48,854 bases of DNA from Atractiella rhizophila (taxonomy: Eukaryota), in the NCBI GenBank assembly GCA_021432655.1, contig MU271218.1:39277-88130 (forward strand), given 5' to 3'. The position numbers were made by a program, and so were the translations under genes. The notes below the pieces were generated by a model. That model did not search any database. It was not told where the DNA came from and was given only the letters and a program-made list of their open reading frames with translations. Shown here one piece after another: positions 1-11,077 of this stretch. Within the stretch, counting starts at the first letter, position 1. Each line of letters begins with the position of its first letter.

Positions 1-1599
1 AGGTGGGGCGACTTGCTTAGGCAATGGTGGACAACAAGCCGCGATGGCGAAAGATGGCTGCGTGAGTTGGGGACTGCGGCGTCGCAGCCTTCAATCACAT
101 GCCCGTACGCTTCGCAGTTGATTTCTAATGTCTAGCGCAAAGCAAGTTGGTTCGAGGCGAAGGGCGGCTGAAGAGGCTTGAGGTATGGAGTTGGAGGGCG
201 AGATGTGACGAGAGGGAAACAGTGGTGAGAGAAAGCGTAGGATGCCTCTTCGATGTCAATCTTTAATCCCCGTACCGCTCTGTCACCTCCGTCCCATGCT
301 TTCGCGATCCGACGTCCAGCTTTTACTTGCCGCTCATTTCAGAGTGCACAGAAGTTGCTTGAGGAGCAGAGGACGACGGACGGCGATGGTAGCACGGAGG
401 TGAGGAGAGGGACGGTGGAGCGAGAGAAACAGGGCGAGGGTTACGGGAAAGCAGGATAGGTTGGAGGGGTGGTGTCAAAACTGGTGCAGGGCGGCGCGCT
501 CACTCGGTACTCCTCCTTTCGTTTGGCTCCGACGCTTCCCTCGCACTGCTATCTCGTTTTGAAGCCCAGCTCGGACGGTAATTCGGAAGACTGGGAAGGT
601 CGAGCAGTGCTGAGGCGGGATGGGGCTGCAGGAGGGAGCAGGGTGAGGAGCGTCCTTGCTGAGGGGGCGAGGAACCTGATCCCTATGTCATTAAGCACAA
701 ATGCAAAAGAGGGAGAGGGGGAGGGAGGGTCACCTCATCTCTGCCACCTCCCTTTACTATAACAGTTTGAGTCCTCGGTTGACCATAGTCGGATCCATAC
801 CTAGCCGCTCTTTCAACCTTCCTCGCTCGTTCTTGCCTCCACTGCACATCGCGTGCCTCCTTTGTCGTGCTGTGCCGTCCTCAGGCGCACTTTCACTGGG
901 CAGCAGATAGCGGTGCTGGCACCTTCCTTCTCAGTCAGTGCTGTCCGTCATGGTCTCGTGCCTCGCTGTCCCTTCCATCTCTGCACTCTTCATCCACCAT
1001 TACGTACCATCTGTTCACAATGCATCTCACTTCCCCTCCCATCTTCTCACTAATTATACTCGTCCACTCATCACTTGCTCACACCAGCGCTACCGATTAC
1101 ATCGGCCGTCCTGTGTGGGGAGGTACATGAGGAAAGAGGACGGTGGGGGATAGCTAAGACGGACTAGGAATGCGGAAGAGGGCGGGGCTGGGGCTGGCGG
1201 AGTGGCGAAGGTGCTAAAACAGGAGAGGGACACACCAGGACCGGCCAGAGTGAAGGAGACCAGGGACAGATGAGAGGATGCGAGAGAGGTGTGCTGGGGA
1301 CTGCATGAAAAACGCAGCAAAGTGAAAGCGTGAAGGGCAAACGACGGCGAAGATACGATAGACGGGGAATGAAGGATGGAAGGTGTGAAGAACAGTGAGT
1401 GGACGGGAGACTGCGACGCGGAGGCCGGAGGAGATGACAGAAAAGGAGCTGCTCGCAGGTCATCCACATCCTGGCGATCGTAGAATCGTAGAACATCATT
1501 CAACTTCTTGAACTTTCACGCAACCATCTACCCGAACAAAGGCTGTCGCGATTTGCGCCTCCCTCCGCACCGTATTCCCCCTTCCCCTGTAGCGGTTGA

Positions 1600-3330
1600 T
1601 GTTCTTAGGCAGACTAGACTAAGAGATGGAGTTGGTAGGAATGAGACTGAGAGGAAGCTGATCAACGGCGTTAACTTGTGTGTTCTTCTTCATTGTGAAG
1701 TGTTGGTTATACTGTGATATGTCGAGAATGCTGCTGAGAGCATCTCAAAGTAGAATTGCTGCCGGAGGTATTATGCACAGACTTGCAGAGCTGATCGATG
1801 CTCTCCAGCTGCAAACATACCTTCCATATCTCCAATCGGTTGGGAGAACAACTCCCATTTATCGTGGCAACACGTCGCTCTCTGTACTTAGTGTACGGTC
1901 TATACTGTGGTGCCTTCCAGCTGTCCGTGTCTTCCTTCCACACGCATGGAACGGTGGCTGAAGGAGACTCCTGAGCAGGAGAGTTAACCCTAACTGCCCC
2001 CTTGTTACAATGTTAGAGGGTGTGAAGATTTCCAGCAAGTTCATGATCCCGTTGATGTGAAAGCATCAAATCATCATTTCCAGTTATCGATGACCAATGT
2101 CAACCTTTCCCTCCAAATGCCGGGCAAAAACACCAATGAAAGATATTAGTGCGACAGATGCTCCTACAACTGCTCTTCTCAATTCCACATTCGACACCTT
2201 CCTCATCCGTATGGAGCGTTCGCGGATATTGTGACTGTCTCTTGACGCATCTCGCGTTGCAGTTCAACGATGGGAAGCGGGATAAGTACATTGTATTGCG
2301 AATATGAAGCTGAAGGACACGGTGTGAATATGTGCCAATATATTGGAGCTGCAGGAAGAGGGAGCGGAGAAGGCAGGCGTGGGATTATCATTGTTGATAC
2401 TATCAGTGATGAGGAGCAAGAGTCTCCTTACGTGGATGGACAATTTGAGTGCGTTTCTGTTTCGTTTGTCTTCCGTGAACACTGATACATGATATTTGAG
2501 CTCTTCAAGAACTCAATAAGGGCGAGAGAGGAACACCGGGAAGGTCCTGAAGAGTTTCCCATCACTGCCACGGTGTTGATAAATCGATGGGCCAGCCCAC
2601 CGAGACCTTTGAATATCAGATCACGGGCGAGCAACTTCCAATCTGTCCTAGCCCCTGCTAAAAGACGACAGGTGGTGTGATCTCGCCTCTCCCCAGAACC
2701 AGTAAGAAGCATACTTCCGCTCCTTCAATTCTTGCAACAACAGCAACATCATCTGGCACCGTTTCTCCTCCTCCGCTTCCAATCCTTTCTGTAGTTCCTC
2801 CAGCTCCAACACCAGTGAACGTCGACTCTCCCTAGCGATGCGTTGACCTCAGCACCATCTCCTGTGCCTGCATCTGCGACAGCTAGCCCAGATCTCACTG
2901 CTCCAGTGATGACATCTGGTCTGGCTGGTTCTACCTCTTCAATGCCTCAGGGCAACCTGCACAGGAGAGAACGAATACGGCAGTGAAGAGCCACCAACGC
3001 TTACACTTACTCCTCGTCCGCAGACGCTTTCTACTCTCCATCCCTTATCAGAGCCCAAATGAACAAGTACAGGCTACAGAGACCACCCTCCCCTCGATTT
3101 CTTAAATCACTCAGTCCAGTGGTGGTGCGTTGAATAGTAGGTTCTCTGTTTTTTCGTTTAGATAACGAATGAAGGTGGGTTTGGTTTCAGATATAAGAAC
3201 GAGGCGGAAGCGAAGGAGGAAACTGTGAGGAAGGATGGCATTGTGTAGGAAGATGCGGTCAATTCCACCGGAAATCTCGACAGCATCTTCTTCCTTCTCC
3301 ATGGTTCTAACATGTGGAGGGAAGTCAAGC
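1600..3330 (+). pseudogene. Decayed spacer gene A, unknown product with Pro/Ser/Thr-rich part (also about 11330-13100, 35320-37050, and 37570-37696 plus 41258-42730)
   Basis: Recurring peptide fragments on the plus strand in changing frames, e.g. MHRLAELIDALQLQ, EEFxIxATxLxxxWASPPRP, KKHTSAPS, PVMTSGPA, CTxxNE. Every copy is broken by stops or frameshifts. Confidence 0.45.
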
Positions 3331-6041
3331 CGAATCATTCGTTCCTCGCAAACATGCGTTCCTGTCAGATTCGTGTTCTGTCTTATGTTTCTGTTTCTTG
3401 CATGTGGCATGTTGATGTTGATGCTTTAGTGAAGAAGGGAGAGCGGTTGATTCGTATCCGATAGTGGTCACAGGGATCAGGAAGAAAAGTTCAAGATGGC
3501 AGATAGGGGATTGCATGGTATCGACCTCGCCGTAGACTGCCTGGAGCTAAGGTCCGTTTCTCCTTGCTTCCCACCCTGCCCTTTGGATCCCGGTGTATGG
3601 ATAACTGATAGATGGACGGGTACATGTGTGAATCCAGACTGCTAGTTTCATCAAGGACGACAGAACATATACATCTCAACTGAATCCTTCCCATCACAGC
3701 CATCCTCACAAATAAGTAGCCGTCAAAGTTCATATAGGCGCAAAGATTCGATGGTCTTGGGTCACGACACCGCTGGTGTAGTCGTCGCTGGAGTGTATCC
3801 ACCTCTCCGCTCCACCTCTCATCTACTTAGCTAAACAACATGAACGCTGGGAGGCCCACATTCATGCAGCTCCAGCAGGGAGACCGCGTCGCCCTTGAGC
3901 CCAAACAGACATGAAGGACGCAAAGCGGGCAGTCTGAGCTCTGCCCGTCCATCGACTTCGCCGCTACGCTCCTTTCGTGAGTTCTTCTCCCCTTCCTTTC
4001 TCCTCTTTGTGGTACGCGCTGACTGCATTACATAGCAGCATAGAACTCTGCAAGGCTTCTACAAGATCCTAAGAGACTGGTAAGTCCTCTCCCTCTCTCT
4101 CCTATCACTGACTTATCCCGTCTGATATCAATATAGGCAAACTTCCTGACATGACTTCCAACTCTACTTCATCGAAAATCTTGTATAACGATATCGGCTG
4201 CTGCTGTGGTAACAGAATGTCTCCCTAAAAGAGGAAGCGGTGATCGAGCCGCGCTCTATGGTGCAAATTATGGCGCGTATCGGGGGGATGAAAGCTCGGT
4301 TGAACATTTCCATCTGCGGGTTCATCTTCCTCCCCTTCTCCTCCTCTACTCGTAGAAGAAAAGAATAATAACGGTGTTGTGAAGATCTGGTCCTGTACGA
4401 CTCCTTGCACAGTCAGCCGCAAAGGCCTTAGACGCCAGAATGATAATCGCTGTCGACATTCAAGTGCGGCAGGCTCGCTTCGGAGACTGTCGTTCCTCCC
4501 AACGTGTGTCAACCTCTAGCCTCTCTCATGCATGTTTTGCCTTAGGTTTCTGTTCCTTTTTATGGGTGTAGTGGATTTGTGTTTCTGGGTATGAGGAGAG
4601 GAGAGGATTGCGTATTCCAGGAGGGTTGCAGGGATCATGAAGGAGGAGCTTAAGGTTGCAGACAAAGGATTGGAGGGTATTGACCTCCCCGTAGACTGCA
4701 CGGAGGTGATGTCCGTTTGTCCTTGCTTTCCATCCTACAGTTTGCAGATCAGTGTCCTGATAGTGATGGACGGACGAGAATAGGCGTGCCTTCGTGCTCT
4801 CTATCTCGTCATGGACAGCGGAACATACGCCTAAGTCGGCAAGGCAATGAGTTCGTCCAGATGCCCGTCGCTGCTATTCTCACGGAGGGGACAATCGACG
4901 ATTCTTTCCGGTCCGTCCTCCCTCCTACCGCTTCCACTATAGTGTGGTTCTGACGCTTCTTAGATTTACTCGATGGATGCGGACGGGCAAGCAATTGATT
5001 TGTTCGCTGGGGGCGTCGTAGACTGCTGAGCCACTCATCACACATCGCTTCAAGTTCAGGGATGCAATTCGCACTTTTAAGATAATACAGTCTCGCCACC
5101 TCTCTTCTCTTCTGCCTTGATGTCGCGAAGTTGCAACCTAATGACGATAGTTCGCCCTATGACGAGAAGGGAGGGGATGGGGGGGACGCGATAATGATCA
5201 TCATCGACAGATACGACGACGACTGACCTTGCAGCTACGCGAATGCAAGGCTCGGGACTATTAAAAATTGAAGGAACAAAAGATGAGATAAGTACTACAC
5301 AAAGGGTTCAACAAATGGTACCATTGTTATACCACAGCTTCAATCTTCGATGGCAGCTCCGTTTGTTCTCTTAACTACTCCGCCATCGATTGCACAAGTT
5401 GTCGTCAACCGTAAGAACAAATCAGGCAAGATTGAAAGGGTGGGTCGGCTCGTTTACATTATGGCACTTTTTGGACAGAATTTGACGTCTTCAGCACTTC
5501 TAAAGGGAATCAGTAGAATTGTTGCATGAGAAGACATCCGTAATACACACAGCTAGCGTCCTCCTCACAAACTCGGTCTCTCATGCCCTGAAGTTTCCTC
5601 AAGGAATGAAATAATCATCAACAGCAATTCTACTTCTCCCCATCCATCATCGTCATTGCCTGCATCCCTCATTTCCTGATCCCCAAGAACCCGCAGATAA
5701 ACACTGGGAGACCGACTCACTCCCGAAATAGCTATGACCTTTACATCATTCTGTTCTAATAGTGCGCAAGGACAGACTTGGTACGGGCCGGTTCCAAGAT
5801 TGCTCATAACCATCAAGCACGAGGTGTCGAGTACGAGTGAGGTGACCTTTGTGTGGTGGCCCTTGAGGAGTAGTCTGTTGAACAGTGGGGGGTACGGATG
5901 GAGGGATGGCATGGTCCCCAACGAAGTCCAGCCCTGTTCCTGCCACCCATTTCAATGCTGTGTTCGATGGAGAGGGATACGAACTGCGCAACTTTCTCTT
6001 GCGTCTTATCGAGAACGAGTGAAATCTAAGTATCTCCAGCA

Positions 6042-7871
6042 TCACTCCTCCCCACCCTCCCGAACCCATATCCATTTTCTCCCTTCACTCACCCCAAACT
6101 CTCTCAATGTGCTCCTTGCCTTGCATATCTCATCCTCAAGCCACCCTCCAAAGAATAGAAGAACCCTCAACTCGCGTCCTCTTGTCGTCTTCACCTCTTC
6201 AGCCCCATCCTCCGTATCCCCCTCCCCCTTCACCCCCCTGTCCCCAAAGAACCAGCAGATGAAATCTGAGAATACGAACGGAGTGAATTCCCAGTCCACC
6301 ACACAATACCGAACCTCTATATAGCCTATCGCTTTTGCATTTGTGAGGGTGTGGAAGAACTGAGGGGAAACGAGGTTGGAAGTTTGTTCACCGCCGTCGA
6401 GGTAGAGGCTAGTGAGATGTTTGAGGTGTGAAAAGTCGAGTGGACTGGGTAGCATGGAGGTCTTTCCATCAGGCGAGTAGGGGGCGAGGGTGATCTCGAG
6501 ATGTTCAAGGAGACTCGGCAGACAGGAGCCTGAGACGGAGGGAGGGAGGGGACACAGATTGGAGAGAAGCAGCTGTGTGAGGGTGAGTGTCAGGGAGAGG
6601 GATGGGAGAGGTGGGTATGTGTCAAGCGTTAGGCTCTTGAGGTCAGATGATAATCGAAGGGTTGGTGATGTTGACGAGGAGTCCTCCACCTCGCAAGTAC
6701 TGAAGGTTCTGATCCTGTCACCCATCCTCTGTGTGAAATTCTCGACCTCGTCCTTCTTCCACTTTCTCGAACCTTGCCCATTAAAGGTTACCTCATCCAA
6801 CTTCCTCAAGCCTTCAATCGCATGCAACACAATCTTCGCCTCCTCTTCATTCCAAATTGCGTCCAAGTGCACATATGTGACATTCGGCGAGCCGGCGATG
6901 ACGTCTTTCGCCATCTCAACACTGATGTCATCGTCCTCACCCCTAAACAAGAGATATGTCCACAAATGCCCGGCATTAGGATAAGCCTTCAAGCGAGCAT
7001 GCATCTCCTTCACAGAAACATTTTCACGCAAATAAGGGACTGAAACAGCCTTCCAAAGCTGACAGACAGCAGAAAGTCGCTCGAAGGAAACGAGATATCC
7101 AGTACCCAGCCTTTCATATTTATCGAATGAAAGAAACTCGAAGATGAGTGAGAGGATCTCAGGAGGAAGGTGTGTGATACTGCATAAACTAATACCTGTA
7201 GGCCGAGTTGTGGAGAGGGAGAGTTGGATGGTTGCCCCCCCCAGACCGGTGGATGGGATGGTCGATTCCTCCCATTCGCTGAGAGGAATGAAACGCTCTT
7301 GCCCCTCGGAGTATGAGTATAGGGCGACGGGGTCAAAGATGGTCTCAGAGCGATTATCTGCAATAGGAACCGTGGATGTGAAGGGCTTCAGAAGCAGGTC
7401 CCTTGGATCCACGGATGTATGATGTTTGGAATCCTCAAAAGCTACCGTAATACTTTCCTCCCCCAAAGTCATGGAAAGGTTCAATGCGTCGTCGCAATCG
7501 GCTGCATTTTCGAGACCGTCCAGACAGAAGTAGGACGATTTTGACGGCCCAAATTCGAACCTCCACAATCGAAGGGGTAAGACAAACGTGATGTGGAGCG
7601 TTTGAATTGATGAAGGTAGGCAAGCAAAGAAAGAGGGAAGAATAGAGAGGTGTAGCGGACTGCCATGTCGTAATTCTTTTGCGGTGATGAGATGGGCCAG
7701 TGCGATTGACTCTGTCCCCTGATCATCCTTGCATAAAATCGATGTTTTTCTCTTTTTCGCTCTGGGAGATAACACGTTGGACTAAAGCCCACGAACGTAC
7801 ATTAACGAGTTAACGAGACAAGAGGGGGACAGATCAGATCATGCCTCAGCACATTGTCCAACTTGAGCCAT
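6042..7871 (-). CDS. F-box-like / leucine-rich-repeat protein, array copy 1 (exon 1 7845-7871, extendable to in-frame ATGs at 7901/7910; GC-AG intron 7782-7844; exon 2 6042-7781)
   Basis: 577-codon open frame. F-box-like motif HLPPEILSLIFEFL...LSAVCQLWKAV at about 7038-7172, followed by LxxLxL strands (LKSLTLD, LTQLLLS, LEHLEIT, LTSLYLD). The ORF-track start is GTG; splicing GAG|GCATGA...TTTAG|TCC joins an upstream ATG exon in frame. Confidence 0.85.
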
Positions 7872-8199
7872 CTCCACATTCTCAGCACAATGACCAGGCA
7901 TCACCATCATGAGGATTTAGATTGCAACACCGTTCGTTCGTGAGAGTCAATGGATTGGGCCACCGTTTGCAGTTAGGACCGATTAGGATGGGGATGGTGT
8001 TGGGTGGAAGTCGGTGTGTGGACGTTGAAGGCTTTAGTTCTCGAGCACCGTTTTACCAGATAGTGATAGGAAATCTTTAAATATGTAAAATAACTGAAAT
8101 CCTTTTGCAATACTAGCACCTAAATTACACTGCAATTCAAACGAGAGCCAGAGCAGAACACTTTGCTATTGATGCTTCGTCCCATGATGATCTGACTGT

Positions 8200-10057
8200 G
8201 AGAAGGGGGGCTAGATAGGGCTGGGACAGTCAGGGACGGCAGTTACCTATCTGGACGACAGAGGAGGCAGAAAAAACTATTTGCGAAAACATAGATGACA
8301 CTTGAGTCACTAGCTGGAGACAAGAGGGATGGAGGACGGAGGCTCAGGAGCACGAGAGGGACCAACCTAGATGTCCACTTGTGGTCCTTGATGCCACACT
8401 GCACACTTTGCCCTCCTCTTTCTCCATCAGCCATTTCGTTGTTGCCCTCAATGTCATGAAGCAAACGACGGTGGAAAAGGAGCCATGCAGTGCAAGCCAG
8501 AGTGTGACAGAAGGTGGGGGATGAGGTGGGAGGGGGAATAGAAAGGCGGGTGGACACGGGGGCGGCATAGGATGACAAGGGATGGCGAGGGAGTGCGAAC
8601 GGAGGTGCGAGACAAAGTGTGACGCGAACCTGTGATATCCCATCTTGACTATGGACCCGTTGTCACTTCTTCCTTCCGCTTTCGCTATTGAACATTCAAC
8701 CTCCACTCCGTGTTCAGCTTCCGAGCCACGGGCTTGGTAGAGGCGTGAGGGCCGGTGGAGTGCGATAGGAGGTGGAGTGGGACTGCCAGGAAAGGGGAGC
8801 GGCGGAGGAGGGGGCCTAGTGTGCATGGCAGTTAGGACACTCATAGCTGGAGAGAGGAAGGGAGAAACGAAATACACTGCCAGCAGAAAGAAATGGCCCA
8901 ATGCGGCCATAATGCGAAAAGGCGGAGGGGTTGGTGGAAGGCGAGATGAAGGGTGAATGTTGGCAGACAGGGATGCGAGGCAGAGTGAGAGGGTAAGCGA
9001 AGTGAAAGGAGAATGGTGGAGACTAGGAGAACGCCGGGACGACTTCTCACGTTTTTCTGCCGTCACCAACCACGTTCCCTCTATCCCCTCCGTCTACCCT
9101 TCGCCATTTGATGTGTCCGCCGTGCTCTGTGTTGATATTAAATGGCCAGTATGCGAAAAAAGGTAGAAGCGCTCAGTGGAGGGAGGTGACTTGCCTAGGC
9201 AATGGTGGAGAACAAGCCAGGATGGCAAAAAAGATGGCGGCGCGAGTTAGAGATTGGCAGCATCGCAGTCTTCCTTTTTCTCCATCTCATGCCCCTACGC
9301 TTCGCGGTTGGATTCTGATGCCTAGTTTAGAAGCGAGTTTTTGAGGCGAAGGAGGGCGGAAGCGGACTTGAGGGGTGGTGCTGGAGAGCGTACTGAAACG
9401 GGAGGGCAACCGTGGGTGAGAGAAAGCATACCATGCTGCTCCGACGTCAATCCTCAATGCCGCACCGCTCTGTCGCCTCCATCCTCTGCTTTCGCGATCC
9501 GACGTCCAGCATTCACGCGCGGTTCTTTGCGGAGTGCACAGAAGTTGCCGGAGGAGCAGAGGAGGACGGATGGCAAGAGTAGCACGGAAGCGAGGCAAGA
9601 GGATTGTTGGAGCGAGAGGCACAGGTGTACGGGAAGCGGGAAAGGGGGGATAGATCGGAGCAGGTATTGAAACTGGAGCTGGACGGCGCTGTCCTGTCTC
9701 CTTTTGCATCCCACGCTTCCCTCGCACTGCTCTCTCGTTTCGAAGCCCCATCACCAAAGGTGACTCGGAACACTGGGAGGGTAGAGGGGTTTTGTGCTGG
9801 GGCGGCGATGCAGGAGTCGGTGCAGTGATGAGCGTACAGGGTGAGGGGGCGACGAACCTAATCCCTATGTCATTAAGCACAAACGCAAATAGGCAGAGGG
9901 GGAAGAAGGTCACCTTTTCTCTCGCACCCCTCTTTGCTATAAAAGTTTTAGCCCTCCGTGGACCATAGTAGGAGCCACACCTGGCCTCTCTTTCGCCCCT
10001 CCTCGCTCGCTCTTGCCCTCCAGTGCACATCGCGCGCCTCCTTTCTTGTGCTATGCC
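8200..10057 (-). pseudogene. Possible decayed intron-containing gene upstream of each F-box gene (also about 1-1450, 17700-20000, 25200-27400, 32920-35150, 46300-48700)
   Basis: An intron-like segment AG|GTGACC-pyrimidine tract-TGACATAG|G recurs at 683-733, 9865-9913, 19346-19396, 34536-34587 and 48157-48208. No reading frame is shared intact between copies. Confidence 0.3.
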
Positions 10058-11077
10058 TAGGGATGGCAATCGGATCGCACCGTCCCAGACGTACGTGTCC
10101 GATACGTGTACCGTACCCGTCCGTCCTGCTTGACTGTTCTTCGGGACGATACGATACGATACGCCATCCTCCACGTCCCGTCCGTTTTCATCCAGAAAAT
10201 CCGTCGTATTACGGGTTACGGTGGCGGAAGGCAATTTGCAGCTGGAGCAATGGGTTACAAAGGAAGACAGTGGAGGCGATGGTCCGTGCTTCCTTTTCAG
10301 CGTTCTTAGATTCTTCAACAAAACTGACACATTGAGACTGCAGCTTATGAAACAAGACGAGCGCTCGCACCGATAACACATCCTTCCTCTCCTCAAACAT
10401 ATAAACGTCTTCGACTCTCTCCATTCTCGATTATCTCGCTTCTATCGGTCATGGTCCAAAGGCGGGAGCGGATGAAAATAGAGTAATGAAGGAAATTAAC
10501 CATCTCTTCAAGCATGTAACCCTGGCTTGGGAGCTGATCCACTTTCCTTTTGAAGTAATAGTCAAAAGCAACTTGCACAACTTGTCTTTTCTGGCGTGAG
10601 ATATTCTGGCTATTCAGAACGTGTCTCCCCAAAGTGTTCTCACTTGTTTTCAGGTTTTTCAGTGCTATATGTTGTGCTGTGGGAGTCAAGCACATCTTCT
10701 CTGGTGCTCGTGATACCATAGGTATTTGCTGTCATTGTCCAGATACTGAGATACACGACCTTATCATGCTCAAGGATCACATTGCGCGCTTCCTTCGGAA
10801 ATCTCAGCTTGCAGAGTTTGCAAATAGAGCTGATGACATTGGAGGATGACGTTGCAGAGCTGGTCAGAAGCGACGAAAGTGTGACACGTGACACTTAAGA
10901 CGTGATGAAATTGCTATATGCCATATAACCCGTAATCCGTCGTATTCTCCCGTTTTCCGCCGTACTCGTACGTATCTGACAATGGAAATTTGTTACGGTA
11001 CGATACGAGCCGAGACAGGGACACGTACCGTCCGGAAGTGGTGCTGAGACGACGATACGGTACGATAGCCATCCCTA
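10058..11077. mobile_element. Non-autonomous hAT-superfamily DNA transposon (1,020 bp) with internal cargo
   Basis: TIRs TAGGGATGGC...GCCATCCCTA (10 bp perfect, 18/22 extended). 8-bp TSD GCTATGCC at 10050-10057 and 11078-11085. Empty site GTGCTATGCCGTCCTCAGG at about 34721. Subterminal CGTAC/GATAC repeats. No recognisable hAT transposase. Confidence 0.9.

Noticed and set aside
5734..7422. Recurrent plus-strand ORFs overlapping the F-box genes (MKSENTN..., KFSTSSFFHFLE..., MSERISGGRC...)
   Set aside because: Antisense shadows of the conserved minus-strand CDS with lengths that vary between copies.
8344..9069. 241-aa ORF with a hydrophobic, signal-peptide-like stretch
   Set aside because: Homologous segments in the other units have stops and frameshifts, and the hydrophobic part derives from a pyrimidine-rich, intron-like tract.
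9287..10396. 369-aa minus-strand ORF
   Set aside because: It runs across the hAT boundary at 10058 into spacer DNA, and the frame is not preserved in homologous spacers; a chance chimera.
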